From: an uncultured Deinococcales bacterium
GTDB taxonomy: Bacteria > Deinococcota > Deinococci > Deinococcales > JAAFIG01
Assembly: GCA_964247135.1 (NCBI GenBank)
Contig: CAXTTL010000070.1
Location: 1-20,369 of the forward strand
DNA length: 20,369 bases
Direction: 5' to 3'
In this document: piece after piece, positions 1 to 9,341 of the stretch
How the letters are laid out: every line of letters starts with the position of its first letter
Numbering within the stretch: the first letter of the stretch is position 1
Position numbers and translations under genes: made by a program
Notes under the pieces: model-generated
The model's database searches: none
What the model was told of the DNA's origin: nothing
What the model saw: only the letters and a program-made list of their open reading frames with translations

Positions 1-97
1 TTTTTAGATTGCGGTTATCGTTTGGCGCGTCAACCATTATGAAAACCGCTGTAAAGGCTCGAGATTTGTGTTTTTAAAAAAAGTAATTGTCCGTCTT

Positions 98-138
98 CCC
101 TCATCCCCAACCCTTCTCCCAACATCGGGAGAAGGGGG
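98..138 (+). repeat. REP-like palindromic element (CCCTCATCCCC...CCCTTCTCCC-AACATC-GGGAGAAGGG type), copy 1
   Basis: Perfect 10-bp stem 111-120/127-136 with AACATC loop; related copy at 18079-18154. Confidence 0.8.
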
Positions 139-169
139 TTTAGGTGCTCTACACGCATTGCTCGAGATT

Positions 170-197
170 TTGCTAATTGCTAATTGCTATTCGCTAG
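170..197 (+). repeat. Short tandem heptamer repeat (TTGCTAA TTGCTAA TTGCTAT TCGCTAG)
   Basis: Four consecutive 7-mers directly after the stop codon of the ABC substrate-binding gene. Confidence 0.75.
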
Positions 198-201
198 TCT
201 C

Positions 202-1191
202 TCAGAACGGGAAATTCTTGTAATTGCTCTTGTCCACGTCCACAAACGCATTGCCACGAATGATCTTGCCTGCACCTGGTCCTTTGGTGACGGACACTTT
301 TTCGTACCCTTTGATGCCAAGGTTCATGCCGTCTTTGATGACTTTTTTCTCGAGCACCATTTGCGCGATTTTGTTCATGATGATGCCCGCATCTTTGGGG
401 TCCCAGAAGCCGATGCCGTCAACCGCGCCGGTTTCGATGTACTTGCCGGCAATGCTGGGCAGGCTGGTGCCGAAGACGCAAACTTTGTCGTTCAACCCAG
501 CTTCTTCGATGGCGCGTCCGATGCCGGCGACATCGGTGCTGGCGCTGCCTTGGAAGCCTTTGATGTCTGGGTATTTGGTCAGGATTTCCTTGGCTTTTTC
601 GTAGGCTTTATCGGCATCGTCGGCGGTTTCTTGTTTGGCGTCCACCAGCATCATCTTGGGGTTCTTGGCGGCGCTGGCAATGCCACCGTCTGCCCATTGG
701 TTGTGGGTTTTGCTGCCCAAACTGCCGACAAAGACCGTCCATTTGCCCTCGCCGCCCATGCACTTCTCGAGGCGCTTGTTGAGGTTTGCGCCGAAAGCCA
801 CGTTGTCAAAGGCTTCGATGTCATACAAGGTGTTCTTTTGGTTGTCGGCTTCGTGGGTGATGATTTTGATGCCCTTAGCCATCGCGGTTTTAAAGATCGG
901 CTCGAGGGTGGCAGGGTCCATCGGCACGACGGCGATGGCGTCTGGCTTTTTGGCGACCAAGTCGGTGATCAGTTGAAGTTGTTGCGCGGGGTCGGCTTGG
1001 GCGGGTCCTGTTTGAGTGGCATTGTTGCCCGAGGTTTTGGCGTATTCTTTGACGCCTTCCTCCATGCGGTTAAACCAGTTGATGCCAGTGATTTTCACCA
1101 CCGTGGTGATCGTCCATTTTTTCTGGGCGAACACGCCAGTGACCCCTGCCGCGACGATGAGACCTGCGCCGATCAGTAGCACTTTCTTCAT
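202..1191 (-). CDS. Sugar/polyol ABC transporter substrate-binding protein (CUT2; LsrB/RhaS-like periplasmic binding fold), 329 aa
   Basis: ATG at 1191 with GGAGG RBS at 1196-1200; signal peptide [22 protein letters not shown]; motifs [27 protein letters not shown] and GFWDPKDAG. The ORF-track start at 1500 overlaps the permease and is too long. Confidence 0.9.
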   Translation of the reverse strand: MKKVLLIGAGLIVAAGVTGVFAQKKWTITTVVKITGINWFNRMEEGVKEYAKTSGNNATQTGPAQADPAQQLQLITDLVAKKPDAIAVVPMDPATLEPIFKTAMAKGIKIITHEADNQKNTLYDIEAFDNVAFGANLNKRLEKCMGGEGKWTVFVGSLGSKTHNQWADGGIASAAKNPKMMLVDAKQETADDADKAYEKAKEILTKYPDIKGFQGSASTDVAGIGRAIEEAGLNDKVCVFGTSLPSIAGKYIETGAVDGIGFWDPKDAGIIMNKIAQMVLEKKVIKDGMNLGIKGYEKVSVTKGPGAGKIIRGNAFVDVDKSNYKNFPF

Positions 1192-1235
1192 AACGCCTCC
1201 TCTATCAAAGACTTGAACTTCAAGTCGGATGACCT

Positions 1236-2234
1236 TTAAGAATCTCGAGCGGGCTTTGGTTTTACAAAGTCCGCAAGTCGCGTTCCTGTCAGCACAATCG
1301 AAAGCAATAGCAGCAAGCCCCAGGTGAAATCTTTGAGAAAAGTGGATGTTCCCAGGACGTTTAAGGTGCTCGAGAGCATTTGCAGCGCGAAACTGGCGAG
1401 CACCACGCCGAGCATCTTGCCCCAACCGCCCGAGGGGTTGATGCCGCCCATCACGGCAATCAAGATGGCAATCAGCAAATAACTCGAGCCGTAATCCCAT
1501 TTGATGCTCGAGGCTCGGGAGGCAATGATGATGCCTGAGATGCTGGCAAGAACACCTGACAGGGTATAGGTCACAAGCTGAATGGTGTTGTTGTTGATGC
1601 CCGTGAAGTTCGCGGCTTTTGGATTTGTGCCCATCAGATACAAACGAAAACCAAAACGGCTGCGGGTCAAAAGCCAGGAAAACCCGAGCACGACCACCAT
1701 AAAAACAACAAATGGAATTGGAATGCCCAGGATGCTGCCGTTGCCAATCTGTCCGAAGACCTCAGTTTCGCCCAAATTCACCGAAGGTCCACCAGACAAT
1801 GCAACGGAGAGTCCAATAAAGACAAATTGCGTGCCGAGCGTTGCCAGAATCGGCGGGAAGTTGCCTTTTGATACCAAAAATCCGTTGACCAAACCGCAAG
1901 CTGTTCCGACCAACAAGGCGATCAGCACAAAGGCAATGGCGTACAGCGTACCTTGACCCGCGCCGCCGAAGCTCGAGCGCACAATCAAGCCTGCAACAAT
2001 GGCGGAAAGGTTGGCGATGCTGACCACCGACAGGTCAATGCCGCCGTTGCCTGAGATCATGGTGATGGCAATGGAAATCGCCAGCAAGCCAACCTCTGGG
2101 ACTTGCACCGCCATGCTCTGAAAGTTGTCTGGACTGAGAAACTGCCCTGAGGACAAAATGGCTGCCGCAATCAAAATCACGACGAGTGCCGCAATCAAAA
2201 ATCGAAGGTGATGGTCAGCCAGAACGGAGCGCAA
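1236..2234 (-). CDS. Sugar ABC transporter permease (BPD_transp_2 / RbsC-like)
   Basis: Polytopic hydrophobic protein with [25 protein letters not shown] (EAA-like loop) and AVMGG motifs; start chosen as TTG at 2234 after GAGAGGA (start uncertain). Confidence 0.9.
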   Translation of the reverse strand: MRSVLADHHLRFLIAALVVILIAAAILSSGQFLSPDNFQSMAVQVPEVGLLAISIAITMISGNGGIDLSVVSIANLSAIVAGLIVRSSFGGAGQGTLYAIAFVLIALLVGTACGLVNGFLVSKGNFPPILATLGTQFVFIGLSVALSGGPSVNLGETEVFGQIGNGSILGIPIPFVVFMVVVLGFSWLLTRSRFGFRLYLMGTNPKAANFTGINNNTIQLVTYTLSGVLASISGIIIASRASSIKWDYGSSYLLIAILIAVMGGINPSGGWGKMLGVVLASFALQMLSSTLNVLGTSTFLKDFTWGLLLLLSIVLTGTRLADFVKPKPARDS

Positions 2235-2360
2235 AGTGATCCTCTCGAGTTTGGTAACGAACGATTGGCAAACGTTTGCAGGGTAGAGTTTAAAAAAAGT
2301 TGGACGGTTAAGCCAACGCGAAAACAAAAGCTGGGTTGTGGATTATTTCTATTCTGAGGG

Positions 2361-2744
2361 CTAGACCTGTCTCGAGTCAAGTGTCTTGGCACACGAATTC
2401 GTGTTTTGAGGCTCGAATTGCGAAACATGAAAGCCGTCATTGAATGCCAGAGAAAACCTCACAAGCCAATGCCCGCAAGGTTTGAGAATTCTTTGGTGCA
2501 AACCTCAAAACTGTTTCGGATCACACGAGCTTCAAGATTGAAGCTGCGGTTTCGTCAACCTTCGTTCACGGTCCACCCAATCGCCTTGGACTGCCAGGAA
2601 CAACGCCACGGCGGCAGCTTTGGTGGGCGCAATCTCGAGCTGTACGCCGTGCGATTTGTGATCTGGAGTGATAAACAGATAAACAAATGTCGAATCTTTG
2701 TTTCGTCATGCGCCATTTTCTGGCTTGGTTGTCACGGCACGCAT
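2361..2744 (-). pseudogene. Possible decayed ORF of unknown function interrupted by three TGA codons
   Basis: Frame reads MRAVTTKPENGA*RNKDSTFVYLFITPDHKSHGVQLEIAPTKAAAVALFLAVQGDWVDRERRLTKPQLQS*SSCDPKQF*GLHQRIL...; TGA at 2706-2708, 2532-2534 and 2505-2507; the exact antisense frame is open, as is typical for genes in this window. Confidence 0.3.
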
Positions 2745-2804
2745 CGTCTGAGGTATCATTTCAAAACATCACTTACCAATTCGTATTCCTTCCAGGGGGC
2801 AAGT

Positions 2805-3803
2805 ATGAAAAAAATCTTGAACGATCCGAATCATTTTGTGAACGAAATGCTCGAGGGAATGTACAAAGCACATCCCGAAATGGTCTCGAGCGTCGGAACT
2901 GACTTGCGTTGTCTGGTGCGCAGCGATGCGCCGGTCATGAACAAAGTGGCGATTGCCACGGGTGGCGGCTCGGGTCATTTGCCCGTGTTTTTAGGTTACG
3001 TCGGACCAGGAATGCTGAGCGGTTGCGCGATAGGTGACGTCTTTCAGTCGCCCAGCAGCGATCAGATGCTCGAGGTGACAAGGCGTATTCACGGCGGCAA
3101 AGGTGTGCTTTACGTCTACGGCAATTACGGCGGCGATGTCATGAATTTTGACATGGCAACTGAAATGGCGAGCCTGGAAGACATTGAAGTGCGCACGGTG
3201 CTGGTCAAGGAAGACGTTGCCAGCGCCAGCGCTGACCGTGCCAACACGCGACGCGGCGTGGCGGGCATGGTCTTTGCCTTCAAAATTGCGGGCGCGAAAG
3301 CCGATTTGGGCGCCTCGCTCGAGGAGGTCGAAGCATCAACCGTCAAGGCGCTCGCCAACATGCGAACGATGGGTGTGGCGCTCAGTCCGTGCATTCTGCC
3401 AGCCGTGGGCAGACCAACCTTTACCGTTCCCGACGGCGAGATGGAACTGGGCATGGGGATTCACGGCGAACCTGGCGTGCGTCGCGGCAAACTCGAGACT
3501 GCCGACCAGATTGCCGACACGATTCTCGAGACCATCACCGCCGACATGCCACTGGCGTCTGGCGATACGGTTTCGGTCATGGTCAACGGACTCGGCGCGA
3601 CGCCGCCCGAAGAGCTGTATATTCTCTACCGACGCGTGCACAACAACCTCGAGCAACAGGGCGTCAAAGTCCATAAAGCCTTCGTCGGCGAGTACGCCAC
3701 CAGCCTCGAGATGGCGGGTGCCAGCATCACGATTTTAAAACTAGATGCCGAATTGCAAACGCTGCTCGACCATCCCGCCCACACGCCGATGTTCAGGGTT
3801 TAA
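2805..3803 (+). CDS. dhaK: Dihydroxyacetone kinase family, substrate-binding subunit DhaK (Dak1), 332 aa
   Basis: MKKILNDP start (ATG 2805 after AGGGGG); GGGSGH, NYGGDVMNF, RRGVAG and catalytic GIHGEPG motifs. Confidence 0.93.
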   Translation: MKKILNDPNHFVNEMLEGMYKAHPEMVSSVGTDLRCLVRSDAPVMNKVAIATGGGSGHLPVFLGYVGPGMLSGCAIGDVFQSPSSDQMLEVTRRIHGGKGVLYVYGNYGGDVMNFDMATEMASLEDIEVRTVLVKEDVASASADRANTRRGVAGMVFAFKIAGAKADLGASLEEVEASTVKALANMRTMGVALSPCILPAVGRPTFTVPDGEMELGMGIHGEPGVRRGKLETADQIADTILETITADMPLASGDTVSVMVNGLGATPPEELYILYRRVHNNLEQQGVKVHKAFVGEYATSLEMAGASITILKLDAELQTLLDHPAHTPMFRV

Positions 3804-3805
3804 CC

Positions 3806-4423
3806 ATGACCGCAACCGACTTTCAGGCGGGAATCGAACGTGTCGCCAAAAAATTGCTCGAGATCACCGATTTGCTCAACACCCTGGACGCCGCGATGGG
3901 CGACGGCGATACCGGTGTCAGCGTCTCCAAGGGCGCTCTAGGGGTGCTCGAGCACACGGCTGCCAACCCAGTGGGCAGCGACATCGGTAAGTGGCTTGCC
4001 GGCGTTGGTATGGCGTACAACCGCGTCGCCCCGAGTACGATGGGCGCTCTGGTCGCCACAGCCCTGATGCGGGCGGGCAAAGAGGCATTGGGCAGCTCGA
4101 GCGTGGACAATCAAGGTCTGGCAAGAATGCTGATGTCAGCCAGCGTGGGCGTCCAAGAGCGCGGCAAAGCCAAACTGGGCGATAAAACCCTGGTGGACGC
4201 GCTGCACCCCGCCGCCGAAGCTTTCAGCGCCGCCATCGATGCAGGCTCGAGCTTGGAGGTCGCGGGGCAAGCGATGCTCGAGGCGGCACGCAATGGACGA
4301 GATGCGGCGACGCCTTTAAAAAGCATGATCGGACGGGCGAACTGGGTGGGCGGCACCGAAGGCAAAGTTGATCCTGGAACGGTGTTGGTGGTGACGGTGC
4401 TCGAGGCGTTGATGCAAGGTTGA
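3806..4423 (+). CDS. dhaL: Dihydroxyacetone kinase family, nucleotide-binding subunit DhaL (Dak2), 205 aa
   Basis: LD-x-x-x-GDGDTG, [13 protein letters not shown] and GRA...DPG motifs; starts 2 nt after the dhaK stop. Confidence 0.92.
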   Translation: MTATDFQAGIERVAKKLLEITDLLNTLDAAMGDGDTGVSVSKGALGVLEHTAANPVGSDIGKWLAGVGMAYNRVAPSTMGALVATALMRAGKEALGSSSVDNQGLARMLMSASVGVQERGKAKLGDKTLVDALHPAAEAFSAAIDAGSSLEVAGQAMLEAARNGRDAATPLKSMIGRANWVGGTEGKVDPGTVLVVTVLEALMQG

Positions 4424-4544
4424 ATTTGAAACTCAACCGTTTCGCCAGATCAGCACGGTGAAAACAAACCATTCAATGCTGAGGGATAGCGACAAAACTG
4501 TGTTGACCTTGGTGTAAAAGGTTTTTGTTAAAACATAGTTATTG

Positions 4545-4593
4545 GTAGGGTGCGCCGTGAACACTGGCTGATGGTGCGCACGGCGCACCCTAC
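4545..4593. repeat. GTAG-family REP inverted doublet (REPIN-like)
   Basis: GTAGGGTGCGCCGTGAACAC (4545-4564) faces GGTGCGCACGGCGCACCCTAC (4573-4593; reverse complement GTAGGGTGCGCCGTGCGCACC); lies between convergent transcription units. Confidence 0.85.
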
Positions 4594-4597
4594 AGTT

Positions 4598-4750
4598 CTA
4601 TGCGCAGGCATTTCGCCAGACCAGCACCGTAAAAACGAACCATCCAACGCTGAACTGTAAAACGTGTCCCTTTGACTGGAGGCTCGAGTTTTTGAGGACG
4701 TGCAGATTTTCGTTTGCTCGAGTTCCAAAAACAATTTGAATGGTTGTCAT
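4598..4750 (-). CDS. Putative 50-aa small protein (MTTIQIVFGTRANENLHVLKNSSLQSKGHVLQFSVGWFVFTVLVWRNACA)
   Basis: ATG at 4750 preceded by GGGAG RBS, 23 nt downstream of the ArsR gene; not in the ORF track. Confidence 0.4.
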   Translation of the reverse strand: MTTIQIVFGTRANENLHVLKNSSLQSKGHVLQFSVGWFVFTVLVWRNACA

Positions 4751-4773
4751 GATTTTCTCCCAAATCTCGAACT

Positions 4774-5394
4774 TCACAAGTACCGTTCACCTTCCAAATT
4801 CACGCGCGTCACACCAGGAATTCTCGAGTAAATGCCTTTTGCGCGGGTCATCAAACCTGCGGCGATCAGTTCACGGCGCAGCGTGAAAAAATCTTCGTGA
4901 AATTCAGACAAGATCAAATTCACTTCGCGCTCGGGATACGCATGGTCAAACTCAAAACTTTCCAAGATTTTCTCGAGCACAATGTCGCGTTTTTTGCGTT
5001 GAGCTGGAATCGCCCGCAACCTTCCGCGTTTTAAAAATGTGTTCAACACTTTCAGTCGAAACCCGTCCGTTTCAGAATTCGCCTCGAGTTGCACCTCTTG
5101 CAAACTCACCAGCGCCGCCAGGGTTTGCTCGAGCACACTCTTTTTGACGTTGTAATTTTGGTAATACCCGTCTTTCACGCCCTCGAGAATTCCTGCCGCC
5201 TCGAGTTGCTTGAGGTGATGGCTGACCGTGGCTGGCGTGATGCTGAGAATGCTGGCGAGTTCTTCGGTGTGGCGCGATTTTTGCTGGCAAAGGTTGACGA
5301 TCAACACGCGGCTGGGATGCCCGAGCGCCTTAAAAAAATCGGAGCGCTGCTCGAGCGACACGGTGTTGTTTGGGGTGGGTTTGTGGCTGCTCAC
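4774..5394 (-). CDS. ArsR/SmtB-family regulator fused to C-terminal DUF2087 domain, 206 aa
   Basis: FKALGHPSR...TVSHHLKQL...GI (ArsR HTH); GRL-x-x-IPAQRKKR, Y-x-EREVN and D-x-x-TLRRELI (DUF2087); GTG start overlaps the upstream TGA. Confidence 0.88.
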   Translation of the reverse strand: MSSHKPTPNNTVSLEQRSDFFKALGHPSRVLIVNLCQQKSRHTEELASILSITPATVSHHLKQLEAAGILEGVKDGYYQNYNVKKSVLEQTLAALVSLQEVQLEANSETDGFRLKVLNTFLKRGRLRAIPAQRKKRDIVLEKILESFEFDHAYPEREVNLILSEFHEDFFTLRRELIAAGLMTRAKGIYSRIPGVTRVNLEGERYL

Positions 5395-5624
5395 GTCTCA
5401 GACCAGTTGCCTTCGGGCTTGGCGCTGGTCACGTTTTTGTAGGTTCCGGCAAACAAACCCCTGGCGGCAAGCATGATGCCAAGTTTGATTTCATTTTGAA
5501 TCACGGCTTCCTGGTTTTGTTCGGCTCTGGCAAGCTCGAGTTGATTTTTGAAGCTTCGTGCGAGGTGTCGGGTAATGGCATCGTATTTTTGGGCGAGCAG
5601 GATGGTTTCGGGTGTTTCGCTCAT
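5391..5624 (-). CDS. Small helical hypothetical protein, 77 aa, translationally coupled to the ArsR gene
   Basis: ATG 5624 after AGAGGG; GTGA overlap with ArsR start; directly downstream of a consensus promoter. Confidence 0.7.
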   Translation of the reverse strand: MSETPETILLAQKYDAITRHLARSFKNQLELARAEQNQEAVIQNEIKLGIMLAARGLFAGTYKNVTSAKPEGNWSET

Positions 5625-5649
5625 GGGACCCTCTTTCTGATTCGTTGAA

Positions 5650-5689
5650 TCTCGAATCAAATACTAGATTCTGATTCGAGAATTGTCAA
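5650..5689 (-). promoter_or_regulatory. Sigma70 promoter TTGACA-17-TAGTAT overlapped by a 10-12-10 inverted repeat (probable ArsR operator)
   Basis: -35 at 5684-5689, -10 at 5661-5666; perfect arms TCTCGAATCA (5650-5659) and TGATTCGAGA (5672-5681) flank the -10. Confidence 0.75.
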
Positions 5690-5707
5690 ATCAAATCCTC
5701 CGGCTTT

Positions 5708-5739
5708 AAAATAAAATGGGACGATTTTTCATCGTCCCA
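5708..5739 (-). terminator. Intrinsic terminator of the TPR gene
   Basis: 9-bp stem TGGGACGAT/ATCGTCCCA, 5-nt loop, followed by TTTTATTTT on the minus strand. Confidence 0.8.
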
Positions 5740-5771
5740 AACAAGTACAATTTAATTTTAGAACAAATGGC

Positions 5772-7907
5772 TTACTTGATCGCCGTCAAGTACGGTTGCA
5801 CATAGGTTTTTAAGTAACTGTCAATGCCAACCGACTTGGTAAACGCATCTTTTGCCGCCGCCAAATAGGTGCCCCGCGTGCCAGCCACGGCTTCTTCCTG
5901 CGCCAAACCAAAATTCATGACCCCAGAAAAATACCAACCGAGCGAGTACTTCGGGTCAGCCTTGGTTGCCTGCCCAAGCAACTCGAGCGTCTTGTCAAAA
6001 CGACCCTGATCGGCGTAAGCCACCGCCAAGGCGGTCATGACGGCAACGTTGGTATCCAGCGTGGTTAAAACCTCGTTTAACAAATCCACCGCATCATCGG
6101 TGTTGCCCGATTTGTACATGGCTTGCGCCACAAAAAATTTGAGTTGCGCATTGTCTGGATTTGCCGCCAGAGCCTTTTGAAACGCCGTTTGCGCCTCGAG
6201 CGCGTCCAGGGAGTTGCCCAAATCGAGCAGCGCCACCCCAAGTTGATAGGACTTTAAAGCCTCGCCCGTCAGTTTCAATACCCCAATTTTGCGGCGTTCG
6301 GGCATGAAAAATGCCATCGCCTGCCGCGCCGTCTCGAGGTCGGGTTGTTGCTTCAGGCTGGCTTCAAAAGCTTTTTGCGCATCGTCAAATTGACCAGACC
6401 ACATCGCGCCAACGCCGTTCCAATAACCGTATTCGGCAACGCTCGGGTTGCTTTTGACCAGGGCATCGACCAAAGGATTTGCCTTGTCCAAACGCCCCGA
6501 AAGCAAATACATGCGGGCAATCAATTTGGGATCGAACTTGTCGCCAGCCGCTTTTTTCAGGGCTGCCTCGGCATCGCTATCGCGTCCCAATTTCGCGTTC
6601 GCATACGCCAAACCGGTCAACGCCTGAACGTTCGTGTCATCTCGAGAAACTGCCGTTTGATAGGCTTTGGCGGCATCCGCGTACAAACCTTGATGCTCGA
6701 GAATGCTGCCACGGGCGAACGCCAACGCCGAGCTGTCTGGGTAAGCCGCATCGCCTTTGGTGACAATCGCCAGTGCCTGATCGAGTTTTGGCAAACGGTT
6801 GGCGAGCGCATAAACCGTATCTGGAACGTCCGGCGTATCGCGCACCAAGTTGCGCAGGTAACGGGTGGCGCTGTCGCGGTCGTTGTTGAGATACAAGGTG
6901 ATCAGACGGTTGTGAAGCTCAACCTCATCGGGCATTCTGGGCACCAGGTTGAGAAGCACCGATTCGGCGGTTTGCCAACCCGTATTGCCGCCGTAACGCT
7001 CGAAAATATCGGCAACGTTCAATGCCGCCTCGAGAAAACGCGGGTTGTACTGCAAAGCGGTCTTAAATTCGTTGGTGGCGGCTTGCAAAATATCGTTGCT
7101 GAGCTTGTCCGCCCCGCGCAAAATGCGTAAACCCTGCAAGTAATGCAACTCGGGCTTGGAGGGATTGAGTTTTAAACCCGCATCGATCACCGTTTTGGCG
7201 TCCGCATTTTTCTTGCCCTGCAACTGAATCACGCCCGCCACCATCATCACGCTGGCATCGAGCGGCGCGAGTTTGGAGGCTTGAACCGCCAAGGGCAGGG
7301 CATCCGCCACTTTGCCAGTTTGGGACAAGAGCAAACCTCGAGCCGCCAGCGCCCAGGCGTTGCCCCCAGACTTCTCGAGAATGCCCACGCTGTCCTTTGC
7401 GCCCGGGGTCACGGCAGCCACGACCACCTCTGGCGCGGGCAATGCCGCCTCAATGCTCGAGATTTCTTTGATGTCATCGGTGCTCGGCTTTAAACCCAGC
7501 GCCTTGATTAAGGTTGCATCGGCGGTGGCAACCAATTTCTTGAAGTCACTGCCTTTTGCCACCAAGGTGCTCGACGCCGCGCCATCAACTTTTTTGACGG
7601 TGTACTCGAGCGAATACGCCCCGTCTTTACCCGAAACTTTGCCGCTGACGACATAATCTAGCGCATAAGAGTCCGCCATTCGCTCGCTATTCTCGGGGCG
7701 GGCGCGAAGGTACTGGTACAACTCGAACGGCGTTGGGGCGACCAAGCCGTCCACGCTCTCCAAGGCTCTAGACACTGCCGTTGGCACCGCCAGATTAAAG
7801 GCATCGAGATCGCCCTCGAGCGGCAAGAAACCGACACGTTGCGCGTTGGCGCTCGAGAAGACCCCCAGCGCGATCAGACCAAATACAATTCGGGTTTTGA
7901 AATTCAC
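5772..7907 (-). CDS. Secreted/periplasmic tetratricopeptide-repeat protein with N-terminal TolB-N/FlgO-like domain, 711 aa
   Basis: Signal peptide ending SANA; VGFLPL...DYVVSGKV N-domain; many TPR units ending in -LNP/-YNP/-DP. Confidence 0.85.
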   Translation of the reverse strand: MNFKTRIVFGLIALGVFSSANAQRVGFLPLEGDLDAFNLAVPTAVSRALESVDGLVAPTPFELYQYLRARPENSERMADSYALDYVVSGKVSGKDGAYSLEYTVKKVDGAASSTLVAKGSDFKKLVATADATLIKALGLKPSTDDIKEISSIEAALPAPEVVVAAVTPGAKDSVGILEKSGGNAWALAARGLLLSQTGKVADALPLAVQASKLAPLDASVMMVAGVIQLQGKKNADAKTVIDAGLKLNPSKPELHYLQGLRILRGADKLSNDILQAATNEFKTALQYNPRFLEAALNVADIFERYGGNTGWQTAESVLLNLVPRMPDEVELHNRLITLYLNNDRDSATRYLRNLVRDTPDVPDTVYALANRLPKLDQALAIVTKGDAAYPDSSALAFARGSILEHQGLYADAAKAYQTAVSRDDTNVQALTGLAYANAKLGRDSDAEAALKKAAGDKFDPKLIARMYLLSGRLDKANPLVDALVKSNPSVAEYGYWNGVGAMWSGQFDDAQKAFEASLKQQPDLETARQAMAFFMPERRKIGVLKLTGEALKSYQLGVALLDLGNSLDALEAQTAFQKALAANPDNAQLKFFVAQAMYKSGNTDDAVDLLNEVLTTLDTNVAVMTALAVAYADQGRFDKTLELLGQATKADPKYSLGWYFSGVMNFGLAQEEAVAGTRGTYLAAAKDAFTKSVGIDSYLKTYVQPYLTAIK

Positions 7908-7913
7908 AGCGTC

Positions 7914-7919
7914 ACTATA
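7914..7919 (-). promoter_or_regulatory. -10 box TATAGT of a leaderless promoter
   Basis: TATAGT lies 6 nt upstream of the GTG start at 7907, with no Shine-Dalgarno sequence. Confidence 0.6.
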
Positions 7920-7995
7920 AGGGCAAGGCTTGGTGAAGGGAATGAGAGGACGGAAAGAAAAGCTTATGAAATGCCTTTAGACTCGAGAAAACAAG

Positions 7996-8027
7996 AAAAA
8001 AGTGCGCCCCAGTCTCGCGGCGCACTT
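7996..8027 (-). terminator. Intrinsic terminator of the HtrA gene
   Basis: AAGTGCGCC/GGCGCACTT stem with a T-run on the minus strand, 15 nt after the stop codon. Confidence 0.8.
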
Positions 8028-8042
8028 GATAAAGTGTTGGGT

Positions 8043-9341
8043 TTATTTGGTGGTCAAGACTCGAGGAACGGCTTTGACTTCGATGTCCTTGCCATCGCGG
8101 CGCACCGAAAGCGTCACTTCCTCACCGACTTTCACGCCAAACACGACCCGACGCAAATCGTCCACCGATTGGACTGGCGTGCCATTGACCGCCGTGATGA
8201 CATCGCCACCGACCGGAATCGATTCGCCGTTGTAATCAATGGTTTTGTTTGCCGCCTTCAAACCCGCCTTTTCGGCTGGGCTGCCCGCTTCGATTTGCGT
8301 GATCATCATGCCGTTGGCTGGCAATTTGAACTGATCCAAAATCGCATTTGGATACGCCGCCAAATCCAGCGAACCAATCCCCAAACGTGGACGGCTGGCA
8401 GTTACATTGTTCGAGTCGAGCAATTTACCACTTTTCAAGTCGCTCAAAATGCTTTTGACCAAATTGATTGGCAGCGCAAACGCAATGCCCGCAAACTGCC
8501 CTTGACCGCTGCCCGCCGTGCCAGGGCTAATAATTGCCGTGTTGATGCCGACCACCTCACCGCTCGAGTTGACCAAAGGTCCACCAGAGTTGCCAGGGTT
8601 GACCGCCGCATCGGTCTGAATCACGTTGCTCGCCAAATTGCTCGAGCCTGAAAAGTCGCGTCCCGTGGCGCTGATGATGCCCTCACTCACACTAAAATCG
8701 AGTCCAAACGGGTTGCCCATCGCAATCGCTTTTTGCCCAACCTTGATGCTGTCCGAATCGCCGAGGTTCATTGCCGTGAACTTCTTGCCAGGCGCGTCAA
8801 TTTTGATCAATGCCACGTCATAACTTGGCGAACGCCCGACCACTTTTGCCGAATAGGTCTTTGGATCGTTGTGAAACTTGACGCTGAGCGTCTGTGCCAC
8901 CGCATCCGAATCGAGCGTCACGACATGGTTGTTGGTCAGCATCAAACCCGTATCGTCAATCACAAAACCAGACCCCGAACCCTGCGCCACCTGCGAACCC
9001 TGCTGCTGACGAATGAATTCGCAGTAAATCTGGCTGAACGACGGATCGCAAGGCGTGTCCGACTGCTGCGTGGCTTTGGCTTTGATCGACCCAATGCTCT
9101 GATCGAGCCGGTCCACAATCTCAATCGTGTTCCGTTCATTCTCGAGCTTCGCACGCCCGTAATTGAAACCAGGAATTGCAGCCGTGCCGCTCGAGCCAGC
9201 GGGCGGAGCACTCGAGATTGAAGAATTTGAGGGCGCGGTGGTTTGGGCTTTGGAGACTGGCGGGTCAAAACTCTGATAGACCATCGCAGCCCCACCCAAC
9301 GCGAGAAACACCAACACAACAGCAGCCATACGGTTATTCAT
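8043..9341 (-). CDS. htrA: HtrA/DegQ-family (S1C) serine protease with one PDZ domain, 432 aa
   Basis: Catalytic triad motifs TNNHV, YDVALIK and GNSGGP; N-terminal anchor; C-terminal PDZ (GSPAEKAGL, GDVITAVNG); AGGAGG RBS. Confidence 0.95.
   Translation of the reverse strand: MNNRMAAVVLVFLALGGAAMVYQSFDPPVSKAQTTAPSNSSISSAPPAGSSGTAAIPGFNYGRAKLENERNTIEIVDRLDQSIGSIKAKATQQSDTPCDPSFSQIYCEFIRQQQGSQVAQGSGSGFVIDDTGLMLTNNHVVTLDSDAVAQTLSVKFHNDPKTYSAKVVGRSPSYDVALIKIDAPGKKFTAMNLGDSDSIKVGQKAIAMGNPFGLDFSVSEGIISATGRDFSGSSNLASNVIQTDAAVNPGNSGGPLVNSSGEVVGINTAIISPGTAGSGQGQFAGIAFALPINLVKSILSDLKSGKLLDSNNVTASRPRLGIGSLDLAAYPNAILDQFKLPANGMMITQIEAGSPAEKAGLKAANKTIDYNGESIPVGGDVITAVNGTPVQSVDDLRRVVFGVKVGEEVTLSVRRDGKDIEVKAVPRVLTTK

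Noticed and set aside
1-42. Possible 3' end of a plus-strand gene (FLDCGYRLARQPL*)
   Set aside because: Only 13 codons visible; cannot be supported or assigned
184-1179. 331-aa plus-strand ORF
   Set aside because: Antisense shadow of the ABC substrate-binding gene; no motifs or RBS
2406-2804. 133-aa N-terminal extension of DhaK in the ORF track
   Set aside because: DhaK homology starts at MKKILND (2805) with its own RBS; the extension looks like an antisense frame
6345-9221. Long plus-strand ORFs (6345-7130, 7839-8651, 8733-9221)
   Set aside because: Antisense to the well-supported TPR and HtrA genes
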